A stretch of DNA of 64,000 nucleotides from a virus (IMGVR_UViG_3300032213_002044:770-64769), one strand, 5' to 3'; positions 48,076-57,953 are shown, numbered from the stretch's first letter. Translations and numbers: made by a program. Notes: generated from the letters alone by a model not told the origin.

Positions 48076-48248
48076 ACTAAAAATTAAATACAAAAATAAA
48101 TAAAATGTTTAAAGTAAATAAAATAGAAAGACCTCAAACGGTCATTAAAGTTTTAGTTAAACCAATTTCGGTTGAACTTAAAACTAAAATATCATCTGCC
48201 GTTCAATCATTTGTAAATAGAGTTAAGGATAAACATTTGAGTTAATAT

Positions 48249-48767
48249 ATGTTAACACAATCAATCCTATTCACTAAAGAAGAATGTGATTATATCATTG
48301 GATTAAAAAATAAATATCCACAACAAGGTGATAATGGTAGATGGGAAGAATTTGATAACTTCATATACAAATTTCATACTCTGGAACATTTATCTGATGT
48401 AGATTGGGTAATCAAACGATTATGTGATTTTTTTGAATCCCAAATGGATTTGCATATTTTCGTAAGACCAACTAAACTTAATTTACACCATTATACGGAA
48501 GGAGATGAATTTGGTAAACATATAGATACTGGTACTCCTATAAAAGAATGGAATGTTGGTATTCTGTTAAACGAAGATTTTGATGGTGGTGATTATTTAG
48601 TGTTCAATAAAAATGATGAACCTATTGTAATTGATAAAAAGATAGGTAATGTGTGTATATATCAATCACAAACTCCACATCAAGTTACTCCGATAACAAA
48701 AGGAGAAAGATGGGCGGTGGCTATGTTCATACATAAATTTAGAATGAATCCTAATACACTTTTATGA
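48249..48767 (+). CDS. 2OG-Fe(II) oxygenase, prolyl 4-hydroxylase-like (paralog C)
   Basis: EFGKHIDTG (HxD), TPHQV, RWAVAMF; N-terminal TKEECDYII. Confidence 0.6.
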   Translation: MLTQSILFTKEECDYIIGLKNKYPQQGDNGRWEEFDNFIYKFHTLEHLSDVDWVIKRLCDFFESQMDLHIFVRPTKLNLHHYTEGDEFGKHIDTGTPIKEWNVGILLNEDFDGGDYLVFNKNDEPIVIDKKIGNVCIYQSQTPHQVTPITKGERWAVAMFIHKFRMNPNTLL

Positions 48768-49405
48768 AAATATTAATATTAGGTACACCTAGAAGTGGTT
48801 CAACTTCATTGGTTAGATTAGTAGATTCTCAAATGAATCTTTTTAATTATAGAATGTTTATCGAACCATTCAATCAACTTCTAGATGAAGAGATTACTTC
48901 AATAACACCTTTATTAGAATACGATAACATTTTAGTTAAGAATTTATTTTTAATAGGCAATGATGAATATCCAAAAGATTCATTTATGGATTTTTTTGAA
49001 TATTTAAATTGGTGTTATTCTTATTTTGATAAAATAATTATATTAGATAGAAAGGATAAACTTGCTCAATCGGAAAGTTTTGCTGTAAATGAAACATCTA
49101 TGCGAGAAAAAGGTATCGGATGGCATACACCTAAGATTTATGATGTTGATAAAATAGAACCATCTTATATCAAAACAATGATTGATAGATATACCAAATC
49201 AAGTGAAATCCTACATAATATATCATACAAACAAAAGTTTCCTATATTCTACTATGAAGATATATTCTTAGAAAAAAGTAGAAAACATATTGAAGAATTA
49301 TTTAGTTATTTAGATATGGAGGTGGATGAATCTAATTATATGGAATGGATATTATCGCCTGATAGAAGAGTTAGAATTAATAAAAACAAACAAAGTTTAA
49401 TATAA
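48764..49405 (+). CDS. Sulfotransferase (Stf0-like)
   Basis: ILILGTPRSGSTSL matches the PRSGST 5'-PSB motif. Confidence 0.5.
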   Translation: MKILILGTPRSGSTSLVRLVDSQMNLFNYRMFIEPFNQLLDEEITSITPLLEYDNILVKNLFLIGNDEYPKDSFMDFFEYLNWCYSYFDKIIILDRKDKLAQSESFAVNETSMREKGIGWHTPKIYDVDKIEPSYIKTMIDRYTKSSEILHNISYKQKFPIFYYEDIFLEKSRKHIEELFSYLDMEVDESNYMEWILSPDRRVRINKNKQSLI

Positions 49406-49974
49406 TGGAAAAGTTATTTTACAAAAATCAAAATTGGGATGAATTTCATGTCAATAGTGGTAAGATTTTAACGGATGTAAAAATTATATCCAATTCGGTT
49501 TATCACGAATTCAGAGGTTCTATATGGACTACATTTCATTCGGATTATTTCCCAAAGGTATTACCATCTGATTTACAATTTAAACACGATAGATTCTCAC
49601 AATCATATAAGGGTGTGTTGAGGGGATTACATTATGATGATAAGACTTGGAAACTATTAAGTTGTCCAATTGGTTCTCTCTATACCGTATTAGTTGATAT
49701 GAGACCTGAATCTGAAACGTATTTAAAATCGGAAACGTTTATTATGTCTCCTCAAACTAATATACAAATACTTTGTCCTCCAATGTTTGCAAACGGTCAT
49801 TATGTATTAACATATGATTCTTTATTCTGCTATAAAATGGCATACGAAGGTGAATACAATGATGATACTAAACAAAAGACAGTTAGGTGGGATGACCCTA
49901 AGTTGGGAATAGATTGGCCTACTAAAACTCCTACTTTATCTAAAAGAGATGCTAACGCAGCATTTATCGATTAA
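49405..49974 (+). CDS. dTDP-4-dehydrorhamnose 3,5-epimerase-like cupin (RmlC family)
   Basis: GVLRGLHYD (cf. RGLHFQ), PMFANGHYVL, VRWDDPKLGIDWP (cf. YDDPTLAIEWP). Confidence 0.7.
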   Translation: MEKLFYKNQNWDEFHVNSGKILTDVKIISNSVYHEFRGSIWTTFHSDYFPKVLPSDLQFKHDRFSQSYKGVLRGLHYDDKTWKLLSCPIGSLYTVLVDMRPESETYLKSETFIMSPQTNIQILCPPMFANGHYVLTYDSLFCYKMAYEGEYNDDTKQKTVRWDDPKLGIDWPTKTPTLSKRDANAAFID

Positions 49975-51004
49975 TATGAGTATCAAACCTTACATACGAA
50001 ATGAATGGGGGAAACTAAAAGAGATAATAGTTGGTAGACCAGAGTTTGCTCAGATTCCTACTATAAGGGATAAATCTCTACATACAATTGATTATGCTAA
50101 TTATACAGATGACCAATTTCGTAAGATACCATATGGAACTTATCCTAATTGGATGATTGAGGAAACGAAAGAGGATTTAGATAACCTATCGATTACATTA
50201 GAAGGGTTGGGTGTTAAAGTACATAGACCTTCTCTGATAGATTGGAGTGAGAAGTATTCAACTGAAAATTGGGAAGTAGATGGATACTATGGTTACTGCC
50301 CTAGAGATTCTATGTTAGTTATAGAAGATAAAGTTATTGCTACTCCTATGGCTCTCCGCCAAAGACAAAATGAAACGAGAGCATTTAAACATCTATTCGA
50401 TGAAACACATTGGGTAGATTTTCCCAAACCGAAATTATTAGATTCAATATACGATAGGGGTTTATTACCAGGCCCTACATTAAGAAATGATGAGCCTGTA
50501 TTTGATGCGGCTAATATCCTTAAGTGTAATAACGATATTCTATTCCTAATATCGAATACCGGTAATAGAGCAGGAGCTGAATATCTTCAAAAATGGTTAG
50601 ATGAAAATATGAAGGAAAAGTATAATGTACATCCTATTGAAGATGTGTATGCATTCATCCATATAGATACCACTTTTGTCCTCATTAGAGAGGGACTGGT
50701 CTTAGTTAATCCTAAAAGGGTAAATAGTACCAACCTACCTAAAATCTTTCAATCGTGGGAGGTTATATACTCTCCTGAGATGGTGGAGACGAATTGTTTA
50801 GAACATTGGGCAGAAGCATCACCCTGGTTGGGAATGAACACCTTATCCTATGATGAGAATACGATGATAGTAGAGGAACGCCAAATACCTCTTATGAAGG
50901 AGTTAAAGAAATATGGGGTAGATTCTATACCCGTTAAAATGAGACACGCTCGTACATTTAGTGGAGGCCCTCATTGTGTAACATTGGATACAATTAGAGA
51001 ATAA
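49949..51004 (+). CDS. Amidinotransferase-family protein
   Basis: C-terminal FSGGPHCVTLD matches the catalytic-Cys block of glycine/inosamine amidinotransferases; 351 aa is family-typical. Confidence 0.55.
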   Translation: MLTQHLSINMSIKPYIRNEWGKLKEIIVGRPEFAQIPTIRDKSLHTIDYANYTDDQFRKIPYGTYPNWMIEETKEDLDNLSITLEGLGVKVHRPSLIDWSEKYSTENWEVDGYYGYCPRDSMLVIEDKVIATPMALRQRQNETRAFKHLFDETHWVDFPKPKLLDSIYDRGLLPGPTLRNDEPVFDAANILKCNNDILFLISNTGNRAGAEYLQKWLDENMKEKYNVHPIEDVYAFIHIDTTFVLIREGLVLVNPKRVNSTNLPKIFQSWEVIYSPEMVETNCLEHWAEASPWLGMNTLSYDENTMIVEERQIPLMKELKKYGVDSIPVKMRHARTFSGGPHCVTLDTIRE

Positions 51005-51008
51005 TTTA

Positions 51009-51040
51009 TTTGGATATATCGATTATTTTTCGTATCTTTG
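51009..51040 (+). promoter_or_regulatory. Bacteroidetes-type promoter (TTTG-N20-TATCTTTG)
   Basis: ATTTATTTGG ... TTTTTCGTATCTTTG. Confidence 0.45.
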
Positions 51041-52618
51041 AAGACTAATAAAATTATAATGTCAGATAAGAAATATTTTTACGAAAAGTGTGATTATTTT
51101 AACGAACCTCATATTAACTTAAAATATGAAGATGTACTTAAAATGACACTTACCGAATTCGAAGAGTGGGTTACTATGTTCCGTAAGACCGTAGTTGATG
51201 AGTGGAACAAAACAGGAGCACCTCCACGCATTGGTTCTTCGGAGGCTGAGATTATAGACCAATTCTCTAAACTACAAACCTATAAGGTTGATAAATTTGA
51301 AGAGAAAGATGATGATGGAAATGATGTTATTTTTAACTTCAATAAATTTGCTACTCCGGTAAATCAATTCTTTCCCGCGATGTATAAGACGGGGATTGGT
51401 GGTTCTTCTTATGATAAACCAAAACCATCTATCTACGATATATTTTGTAATGATGAATTTCTTCCTGAATTTGCAAAACAAATGAGGAGATTGACACGAC
51501 AAGATGCTATGTATCGTTTCTCTAAAACATTAGCTAAAGATAATAAAGAACATCATAATTCACATCTTACTACAGGTAAAGAATGGATTGAAAAATGGAT
51601 GAATGGAAATGTGTGGGAAGGGCATGATTTTTGCTTAGCACAAACTGATAGTAGAATTGAATCTTTACCAATTACTGCTGAAGAGGTAAAAGAATTGTAC
51701 AAAGCAGGTGTGATTCAGTATAAACATATATCATCACTTAAAACTGCTAATTGGGGAGAAGATATTGATTCATTAACTGAATTGGAAAAACAACCTATTC
51801 AATTAAAGTGGTATCCTTTGGGTCAAACTATTTTTCCTGAAGCAACTGCGGCATTTAGAATTGGAATGGGTACACAAGCAGCTGTAAACTTTCCTCCACT
51901 AACTGCAAAGTATTTGTATCAGAAATATACAAACCATATTAAAGACCAAAAACAAATTAATATCTATGACCCATCTTCTGGCTGGGGAGGTAGAATATTA
52001 GGTGCGTTATCGGTTGATGATAGAAACATTCACTACATAGGTAATGACCCAAATACAGAGAATTATATTCCTGAAATTGGTAAGAGTAGATATGAATATT
52101 TAGCAGAGTTCTTTAATAGTAAAATACCTGGAGCATGTAATCCATTTTGGGGACACAAAAACACATATGAGATTTACAGAACGGGCTCAGAGATTATTAG
52201 TGAGCAAGAAGGATTCCAAAAGTATAAAGGTAATTTAGATTTTATATTTACTTCACCTCCTTACTTTGATAGAGAAAGATATTCCGATGATGAAACACAA
52301 TCATTTAAGAAATTTGGTAACTACGAAAGTTGGAGAGATGGATTTTTACGACCTACTTTGGTAACCGCATTTGAGTATTTACGAAATGATAGATATATAT
52401 TATGGAACATTGCTGATATTAAGATAGGAAAAAGTTTCTATCCATTAGAACAGGATTCAATTGATATACTAACCGAATTAGGAATGGAGTATCAAGGTAA
52501 AATCCGAATGACGATGTCTCCAATGACGGGAGTTGATTTAAGTGGTGTTAAAAATAGTATGAAGATAGGTGGTCAGTTCTACAAATATGAACCGATATTT
52601 ATATTCTACAAAAAATAA
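51038..52618 (+). CDS. Putative SAM-dependent amino-methyltransferase (N6-A/N4-C type, SPPY motif) with a large N-terminal extension
   Basis: Motif I-like IYDPSSGWGGR followed by motif IV FIFTSPPYF; paralog of 59802-61016. Confidence 0.45.
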   Translation: MKTNKIIMSDKKYFYEKCDYFNEPHINLKYEDVLKMTLTEFEEWVTMFRKTVVDEWNKTGAPPRIGSSEAEIIDQFSKLQTYKVDKFEEKDDDGNDVIFNFNKFATPVNQFFPAMYKTGIGGSSYDKPKPSIYDIFCNDEFLPEFAKQMRRLTRQDAMYRFSKTLAKDNKEHHNSHLTTGKEWIEKWMNGNVWEGHDFCLAQTDSRIESLPITAEEVKELYKAGVIQYKHISSLKTANWGEDIDSLTELEKQPIQLKWYPLGQTIFPEATAAFRIGMGTQAAVNFPPLTAKYLYQKYTNHIKDQKQINIYDPSSGWGGRILGALSVDDRNIHYIGNDPNTENYIPEIGKSRYEYLAEFFNSKIPGACNPFWGHKNTYEIYRTGSEIISEQEGFQKYKGNLDFIFTSPPYFDRERYSDDETQSFKKFGNYESWRDGFLRPTLVTAFEYLRNDRYILWNIADIKIGKSFYPLEQDSIDILTELGMEYQGKIRMTMSPMTGVDLSGVKNSMKIGGQFYKYEPIFIFYKK

Positions 52619-52620
52619 TT

Positions 52621-52999
52621 GGGGGTGCCTGGTTTTGACAGGTACGATGAGTTAGTACGTTGATGCAAGCAGGGTTAGATGGAAATCCTTAAATACCTAT
52701 CGAACAATAAACGACGTAGAATTATCTACAATGACCTTCGAAGATGCAATGGCATTCGTTGGTGCTGATTACGCTGTAGCAGCCTAATCTCTCCCGCACA
52801 CATCGTGGGATATAAAATAGAATGTGTACCAAGGTGGAAAAGTGATTGAACCCGAAATCGAATCACCTATTGTTTATCGGTTGCCGATGGTGAAGAACCA
52901 ACCGAATATTTTGTTTGTTAAGAAAAACAAACTAAGCTTGTGAATGAGGTTTATTAAATCCGTATTTGGACGAGGGTTCGACTCCCTCCACCTCCACCA
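52621..52999 (+). ncRNA. ssrA: tmRNA (SsrA), phage-encoded
   Basis: 5' GGGGGUG pairs with 3' CACCUCC-A-CCA including a G3:U wobble; T-arm GGTTCGACTCCC; tag reading frame ...GADYAVAA followed by TAA. Confidence 0.85.
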
Positions 53000-53008
53000 A
53001 TTTAATTT

Positions 53009-53698
53009 ATGATAAATAGCATTATATCCTTTGGTTGTTCTTTCTCTTGTTGGAGACAGGATTTTACCAAAGGATTTGTTGATTTAGTTGCTAATGATTA
53101 TGGAGTTCAGTATCAGAATCATTCTATTCCAGGTAACTCAAACGAATCTATTATACATGAATTCAATAAAAGATACCACCAATATGAATTAAAGGATTCA
53201 CTAATTTTATTTCAACCTACATTCTTAACCAGATATTCTTATTATGATTCTAAATTTAGAAACTTAATATCTTTACAGAATATGGTAAATCCTAATAATG
53301 GAGACGAGGTTGTTTCTAATTTTCAGGCAATGTTTGGAGATGGTAATGGAGAAACGATTGAATTTTATGAAAAGAAATTAGAACTATTCAGAGATTATCA
53401 AACATACTTATATAACGATGATTATGAATATAATAAACTATTGTATTCACTTTACAATATTCAAAGTAGTGTAGAAAAGATAGGTTCTAAAATAATATTC
53501 ATATACTTTGATACCTGGTATAAATCAACACCTATGTTCAATAAGATTAATTTCCTTAGATTTGGAAATGAATTATCTTGTCTTAATTGGGCTAAGAAAA
53601 ACGATTTAACTTACTCAAAGGAAGACCTACATCTATCGGAGGAAGGTAATAAAGTTTTAGCAGAGAAGATACTTAGTATGGGTCATAGTATGGAGTAA
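53009..53698 (+). CDS. SGNH-like hydrolase (weak)
   Basis: N-terminal IISFGCSFSCW block-I-like motif. Confidence 0.35.
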   Translation: MINSIISFGCSFSCWRQDFTKGFVDLVANDYGVQYQNHSIPGNSNESIIHEFNKRYHQYELKDSLILFQPTFLTRYSYYDSKFRNLISLQNMVNPNNGDEVVSNFQAMFGDGNGETIEFYEKKLELFRDYQTYLYNDDYEYNKLLYSLYNIQSSVEKIGSKIIFIYFDTWYKSTPMFNKINFLRFGNELSCLNWAKKNDLTYSKEDLHLSEEGNKVLAEKILSMGHSME

Positions 53699-54635
53699 AT
53701 GCTCGACCCGTATTTTCTATTTTCATTCTTATAATTTGTGGATGATTTCTAATCCCATCAATTATATTTTCTTTATCCAATGTACTAAACTTATCCTGTC
53801 CCTTTATATCAAATACGGGGCAATATCCTAATCTCAGACTTTTATCTTCAGGTGTTTTTTCAAATTTAGCGAGTTTATCTCTCATACCAAACGATTCAAT
53901 CATACCTTCGTGAGTTCTATCAAATAAAGAGAATTGTAAATCAAACTCTCCACTAAGTAATCGGTGTTCAGAAATATTACCTGGTTCTATTTGGTCATCA
54001 TCATCGATACACACTTCTTGCCACGTCTTACCTAATTGTGCATAGTGTAAATAACCTCTACCAAATGCACCATCCAATGTAAACCATTCATCTGCTTCTT
54101 TTGGCAGTTCTACTTTTTGTATTGGAGAAACTCCATTCATAAAGGTAGTGTAAATTGTAGCATCTCCCCTCATATTCCATTCTTCAATTTCATGTGAAAG
54201 GTCGTTTAATCCTCTAACTGCATTTATAAGAGCCCAATCTTGTCTTTCGCATATTCTATTCCAATATTCCGATGGTCTCCACACTTGTCCAATTAGGGTT
54301 TCAAAATGATGGTGGATTATATTGTGAACTTCCATTGGATAATCTTCTGTAATCATATCAGATTCGATAATATGATATTCAAACCAATCAGAGTTATTAA
54401 TTGTTTCTACACATCTTTTTAGTTTATCTACTAATATTTTAGGATGACGAGTTGGTAGTTTAAATGCTCCCCAACGGGTTTCTAGTTTCCATGTTTCATC
54501 TTTCAATAACCCACTTAACATATCATACCACAATTCGGCAATGGGATTTTCTTGTACTTCGAAATCTAAGGAATATTCGGAAACTAATCTATTCTCATCG
54601 AATTTGCCGAAATCTATAGTGAAGGTTTTTTTCAT
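53673..54635 (-). CDS. Hypothetical protein (only large minus-strand gene in this region)
   Basis: 320-aa ORF; convergent with its neighbour, 26-nt overlap. Confidence 0.5.
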   Translation of the reverse strand: MKKTFTIDFGKFDENRLVSEYSLDFEVQENPIAELWYDMLSGLLKDETWKLETRWGAFKLPTRHPKILVDKLKRCVETINNSDWFEYHIIESDMITEDYPMEVHNIIHHHFETLIGQVWRPSEYWNRICERQDWALINAVRGLNDLSHEIEEWNMRGDATIYTTFMNGVSPIQKVELPKEADEWFTLDGAFGRGYLHYAQLGKTWQEVCIDDDDQIEPGNISEHRLLSGEFDLQFSLFDRTHEGMIESFGMRDKLAKFEKTPEDKSLRLGYCPVFDIKGQDKFSTLDKENIIDGIRNHPQIIRMKIENTGRAFTPYYDPY

Positions 54636-54691
54636 ATCAAAACATTTTAATAAAACGATTATATCTATAATTATAACGTAAATACAAAATT

Positions 54692-55348
54692 ATGGAAGGT
54701 TCATACTATAAAGAGAACTTATATGATATAAATCATTTAAAGGAAGAATTAGATGAAATATATCACTTATCAACTCAATTAGAAAAATATACTAAAACAA
54801 TACACAGAGGTGCTGGTCATTTTGGTGGAATGGAAACACATGAATCGCATCAAACTGCTAAATCATATATGAATATGATTACGGAATGGTATGCAGAAGA
54901 TTCTAATCGTAAAATTGGACAACTATGCTTAAATGGAGGTGAATTAGATTGGGGTGATTATCCCAACACATATAAGTGGATAATTGATAAATCATTTGAA
55001 TTATTTAAAGAGCAGTGTAAGAAAAGACATACATTATTTGCAGGAAAACCATTATTAACACTTTATACGAAAGGTTGTAAATTAGGTGGTCATCAAGATG
55101 GAAAGCCAGATGGGTATGAAGAGTTTCCACAACAAAAACCCTCTAATGTGCTTATCTATCTCAATAAAGATTATAAGGAAGAATATGGTGGATTATTCGT
55201 TGTTGAAAATGATAAATTAATACCATCATTTGCGGATATAGTATTTCTTAATTTCAGCGGAGAATCCGACCCGTTTCATATGGTTAGTGAGGTGGTAGAA
55301 GATGTTAACCGATTTGCACTTCTTTTCAATGTTCAGTATAATAAATAA
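54692..55348 (+). CDS. Hypothetical protein; possibly a 2OG-Fe(II) oxygenase-like cupin
   Basis: LGGHQDG HxD-like motif; weak. Confidence 0.4.
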   Translation: MEGSYYKENLYDINHLKEELDEIYHLSTQLEKYTKTIHRGAGHFGGMETHESHQTAKSYMNMITEWYAEDSNRKIGQLCLNGGELDWGDYPNTYKWIIDKSFELFKEQCKKRHTLFAGKPLLTLYTKGCKLGGHQDGKPDGYEEFPQQKPSNVLIYLNKDYKEEYGGLFVVENDKLIPSFADIVFLNFSGESDPFHMVSEVVEDVNRFALLFNVQYNK

Positions 55349-55380
55349 TTTGTTTATCTCAACTTTTTTTCGTATATTTG
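55349..55380 (+). promoter_or_regulatory. Bacteroidetes-type promoter (TTTG-N20-TATATTTG)
   Basis: TTTTTTCGTATATTTG at 55365-55380. Confidence 0.45.
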
Positions 55381-56163
55381 GATATGAAATATAATATTAC
55401 TGGTATATCAGATACTCACAACAAACACAATCAACTTAATGGTAAGTTACCAGGTGGGCATATTTTAATCCATAGTGGAGATATTACATCTTTGGGTAGA
55501 AAGCATGAGGTAGCGGATTTTATCAAATGGTTTGATAAGCAAGATTACACTCATAAAATCTTTATCGCGGGCAATCACGATATGACCTTTGATAGAGAGA
55601 TTCTATTGAGGAATAAATTGGCACACTTCGAAGGTAGAAATGTAAATGATTATGATACATCTTGTTCAGAGGGTAAACCTCAATGGTTAGAGGAAATGTT
55701 AGAGAATCTTCCAAATGGAGTTTATTATTTAGAGAATACCTCAGTTAAGATAGAAGGATTGAATATATGGGGTTCACCCTATTCACCATCATTTGGATAT
55801 GGTTGGGGGTTTAATGCTGATAGAGGGTATGATATAACACAGATTTGGAATCAAATACCATTAGATACCGATATAGTAATTACTCACTCTCCGATTTATG
55901 GATACAATGATAGAGCACTTAACACTAATCAAAATGTAGGATGTTCTGATTTGTATCATAGATTGCATGAAGTAAAACCTCATTTACACTTTGCCGGTCA
56001 CATACACGAAGGATATGGTTACGGAACTATACCTTACAAAGATGAATGGGGAGATATATACACATTTAATCCATCAACGTGTAACTTAAGGTATGAGGCT
56101 ATTAATGACCCTATCAAATTCAACTATGATTTTGTAAGTAGGGAAATTGAGTTCCTTATGTAA
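55378..56163 (+). CDS. Calcineurin-like metallophosphoesterase
   Basis: GISDTH, HSGDITSLG, FIAGNHD, ITHSP, GHIHEG motifs in canonical order. Confidence 0.7.
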   Translation: MDMKYNITGISDTHNKHNQLNGKLPGGHILIHSGDITSLGRKHEVADFIKWFDKQDYTHKIFIAGNHDMTFDREILLRNKLAHFEGRNVNDYDTSCSEGKPQWLEEMLENLPNGVYYLENTSVKIEGLNIWGSPYSPSFGYGWGFNADRGYDITQIWNQIPLDTDIVITHSPIYGYNDRALNTNQNVGCSDLYHRLHEVKPHLHFAGHIHEGYGYGTIPYKDEWGDIYTFNPSTCNLRYEAINDPIKFNYDFVSREIEFLM

Positions 56164-56171
56164 ATGATTGA

Positions 56172-56205
56172 CCCCTAATGTTTTACATATTAGGGGTTTT
56201 TTTAT
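56172..56205 (+). terminator. Rho-independent terminator
   Basis: CCCCTAAT-loop-ATTAGGGG then TTTTTTT. Confidence 0.75.
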
Positions 56206-56207
56206 TC

Positions 56208-56325
56208 ATAACTCATTGATACTCAATAAAAAACTTTTCTTAATAGGCTAGAAAAAGTTGGTAAAATGCTTGGATATATGGTCGAGATTGTGTACCTTTA
56301 CTATGTACTAAAAGAGATACACACT
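56208..56325 (+). promoter_or_regulatory. Extended promoter/leader repeat, copy G
   Basis: ATAACTCATTGATACTCAATAAAA ... GGTAAAATGCTTGGATATATG ... TACCTTTACTATGTACTAAAAGAGATACACACTATGAG. Confidence 0.5.
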
Positions 56326-56673
56326 ATGAGAACAATGAACGAAAAAGCCTTAAGTTATTTAAAAGGTAATCCGAAAGTAGCTGAATTCATAACAAAGGTA
56401 AACGAAGAACGAAAAGAACACTACAAAAATATGAGTAGTATGTGGGGTAAAACTGACTTAGTTATGGAAGTTGGTAACAAATTCCTCCGTTTATGGGATG
56501 GAACATCGTGTTGGGGATTCATCAGTAGAGTTGATGGTGATTTAAAAGGTTCACCGATTAAGAAAGGTGATTTGTTAAAGCCAGCGAGTTGGAAAGCACC
56601 GGCAAAGCATGCGAGAGGAAACATTATCGATGGAACTGCTCGTTATTCGACATACGGACCGGAGTATTTATAA
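56326..56673 (+). CDS. Hypothetical protein (start at the repeat-encoded ATGAG; listed ORF begins at 56266 inside the repeat)
   Basis: MRTMNEKAL... mirrors how gene 29325 follows copy F. Confidence 0.5.
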   Translation: MRTMNEKALSYLKGNPKVAEFITKVNEERKEHYKNMSSMWGKTDLVMEVGNKFLRLWDGTSCWGFISRVDGDLKGSPIKKGDLLKPASWKAPAKHARGNIIDGTARYSTYGPEYL

Positions 56674-56703
56674 TAAAACAAACAACAAATAAACAAAAAT
56701 AAG

Positions 56704-57087
56704 ATGAGTGTAAGAGAAAAAGGATTTAAGACAATTTTTAGTGATATTGATGGTACTTTAATTGAGCAAGTAGATTTTAATGTTTTAAACCCCAATATAG
56801 TAAATGTTCTACCGGGTGTTAAAGAAAAGATGACCGAATGGATGAACGCCGGACACTACATTGTTTTAACTACTGCGAGACCAGAAGAATTAAGAGAGAT
56901 TACTAAACAACAAATGTTAACTGCGGGGATTCTTTATCACCAATTGGTAATGGGAATCGGAAGAGATGAGAGAATCTTAATCAACAACAACTCCAAAGGA
57001 ACTCCGGAAGTACCGAGAGCATTAGCGGTTGATGTTGTGAGAGATGCGGGATTCGATTCAGAACGATTTGCTAAAGTAGGTTTGTAA
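56704..57087 (+). CDS. HAD-superfamily phosphatase-like protein
   Basis: FSDIDGTL (DxDGT motif I) and a downstream T (motif II); short, like the T4 Pnkp phosphatase domain. Confidence 0.5.
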   Translation: MSVREKGFKTIFSDIDGTLIEQVDFNVLNPNIVNVLPGVKEKMTEWMNAGHYIVLTTARPEELREITKQQMLTAGILYHQLVMGIGRDERILINNNSKGTPEVPRALAVDVVRDAGFDSERFAKVGL

Positions 57088-57626
57088 TGAAACGTTTAAT
57101 ACCGATACTATTTTTATTCGGGTGTACGAAGGATGTAGATATACCAATTCCTAACAAAACTTACACACTACAGATTAATGGTGTAATGAATCAGAATGGA
57201 ATAGGTTCACTTCCTAAAGATGCTAATGGGTATTACCATCTTAAATTAGACAAATCTAAAAACCAAACCGTACATAGAGTTAATGGAACAATATTGATAA
57301 ATGGTAAAGAACCTTATCCATCTGAAAAGGTTGAATGGGAAAGTAATTTGTATTGGTTATTGAGAAGAAATGATACCGTTGCTACAATTACAAAGACGTA
57401 TATCAATTACTTCACAGGTCAGTACCAAATCGTTCAATTACCGGCTTTAATTGCCTCCAAAGATGAATTAGTACCAACAATCAATTCATCCTCTTATAGT
57501 GGAAGCAAAGGGGAAATAAACACTATGATTGCACCTATTTATAGTATGAAAGGAGATACTATGATTATAAAAGCGAGTAATTATAACTCTAAGTTATTTA
57601 TAATAAAGAAAATTGTGTTAGAATAA
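57087..57626 (+). CDS. Lipoprotein
   Basis: Signal peptide MKRLIPILFLFGC with lipobox LFGC. Confidence 0.5.
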   Translation: MKRLIPILFLFGCTKDVDIPIPNKTYTLQINGVMNQNGIGSLPKDANGYYHLKLDKSKNQTVHRVNGTILINGKEPYPSEKVEWESNLYWLLRRNDTVATITKTYINYFTGQYQIVQLPALIASKDELVPTINSSSYSGSKGEINTMIAPIYSMKGDTMIIKASNYNSKLFIIKKIVLE

Positions 57627-57953
57627 ATGAAGCAACCTAAAATAGAATTAGACTTAACTCCTATTACGGAGCAAAAATTAGAAGAATTAGGATTTGAAAA
57701 AGTATTAGAAGATGATAGTAGTGGGTTTTATAATTACCTACTTAGATTACCAAAGAATTCCGTAGACCCAAATTGTATGTGTCTCATTTCCTCATATAGT
57801 AATGAATGGAAAGAGATTGGATTAGATGAGGGAGAATATATAGTAGAATTATTCGATAGTGGAGGGTTAGGATTTTGCACATCAGTAGAAGAGGTTGATA
57901 TGCTTTATTATGTACTCACTAAACTTACTATATATCCATCGGAAAATAATTAA
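57627..57953 (+). CDS. Hypothetical protein
   Basis: 108-aa ORF. Confidence 0.45.
   Translation: MKQPKIELDLTPITEQKLEELGFEKVLEDDSSGFYNYLLRLPKNSVDPNCMCLISSYSNEWKEIGLDEGEYIVELFDSGGLGFCTSVEEVDMLYYVLTKLTIYPSENN

Noticed and set aside
52621-52999. Possibility that the tmRNA-like region is an ordinary tRNA or a tRNA-derived integration site (attP)
   Set aside because: It is ~380 nt with an internal tag ORF ending in TAA and a 5'/3' acceptor pairing spanning the whole element. No integrase, excisionase or direct repeat is present nearby, so a tRNA-att explanation is unsupported.
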